DNA of 64,000 nucleotides, taken from NCBI GenBank assembly GCA_030390025.1, contig CM059431.1, positions 105,588,001 through 105,652,000 on the forward strand. Direction: 5' to 3'. Shown here piece after piece: positions 63,646 to 64,000 of the stretch. Position numbers and translations under genes: made by a program. The stretch is from Squalus acanthias. Lineage: Eukaryota. Positions within the stretch are counted from its first letter, which is position 1. Each line of letters opens with the position of its first letter. The notes below the pieces were generated by a model that saw only the letters and a list, made by a program, of their open reading frames with translations, did not search any database and was not told the origin of the DNA.

Positions 63646-64000
63646 ATTTGGATGATCAGCCATGATCGCATTGAATGGCGGAGCAGGCTCGAGGGGCCAA
63701 ATGACCTACTCCTGCTCCTATCTTCTATGTTCTATGTTTCTATTAGCCTGGTAAAAGCAGGCCTTGCGCCTGCTTTTCTCGGCGCAGCTGTTCCCTACTT
63801 ACCTGGACTCAAGCAACTGTGAAAAAAACGGAAGTTTCTGCCGTACGCGCTGCCTATCCGGCGCAGGCGATTGACCAGTCAAGCCCTTTATGCAAAGAAC
63901 GGAAGTTCCGGTTTCCAGCGCATGCGCAGTGCATGCGGAAAACCGGCTCTTCCGTTGGCCCTACTGGTGAGTACACAGCGCGTACACACCCATAGGGAAC

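Larger units (their letters stand above)
59266..63742 (+). mobile_element. Near full-length CR1 LINE, inactivated, inserted in a MITE that starts at about 59232
   Basis: 5' UTR, ORF1, ORF2 and ctatg-type tail; host MITE end gttccgtacgggtgtgtac is mirrored at about 63982-64000. Confidence 0.93.

Noticed and set aside
60784..63671. Minus-strand ORFs of 76-207 aa
   Set aside because: They are antisense shadows of CR1 ORF2
1..64000. CRISPR arrays, operons or other prokaryotic systems
   Set aside because: There is no regularly spaced repeat-spacer array or gene-dense structure; the content is vertebrate interspersed repeats

Overview
Repeat-rich vertebrate non-coding DNA, most likely from a shark (inferred from the repeat families). 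I could not identify any host protein-coding exon, and nearly all of the short ORFs in the track come from repeats or are spurious. The main find is an endogenous foamy virus (spumaretrovirus-like) family present twice. The first copy is an internally deleted provirus at 14645-17837, with a 5' LTR, a degenerate tRNA-Lys1,2 PBS, a leader, a decayed RNase H-integrase that follows prototype foamy virus Pol motif by motif, a 102-bp 3' LTR remnant and a 4-bp TSD (AGAG). The second is a solo LTR of the same family at 2312-3230, inserted in a LINE. The window also holds an unrelated solo LTR with a perfect GGTG TSD (12316-13778), a near full-length decayed CR1 LINE (about 59266-63742), and many CR1 3' fragments. 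Other repeats are a second LINE family, Deu-domain and other tRNA-derived SINEs, two Penelope-like families carrying minimal hammerhead ribozyme motifs (one copy forms a 560-bp palindrome), and PIF/Harbinger remnants and MITEs, several of them nested. All alignments were done by eye against family motifs recalled from memory, and repeat boundaries are approximate.
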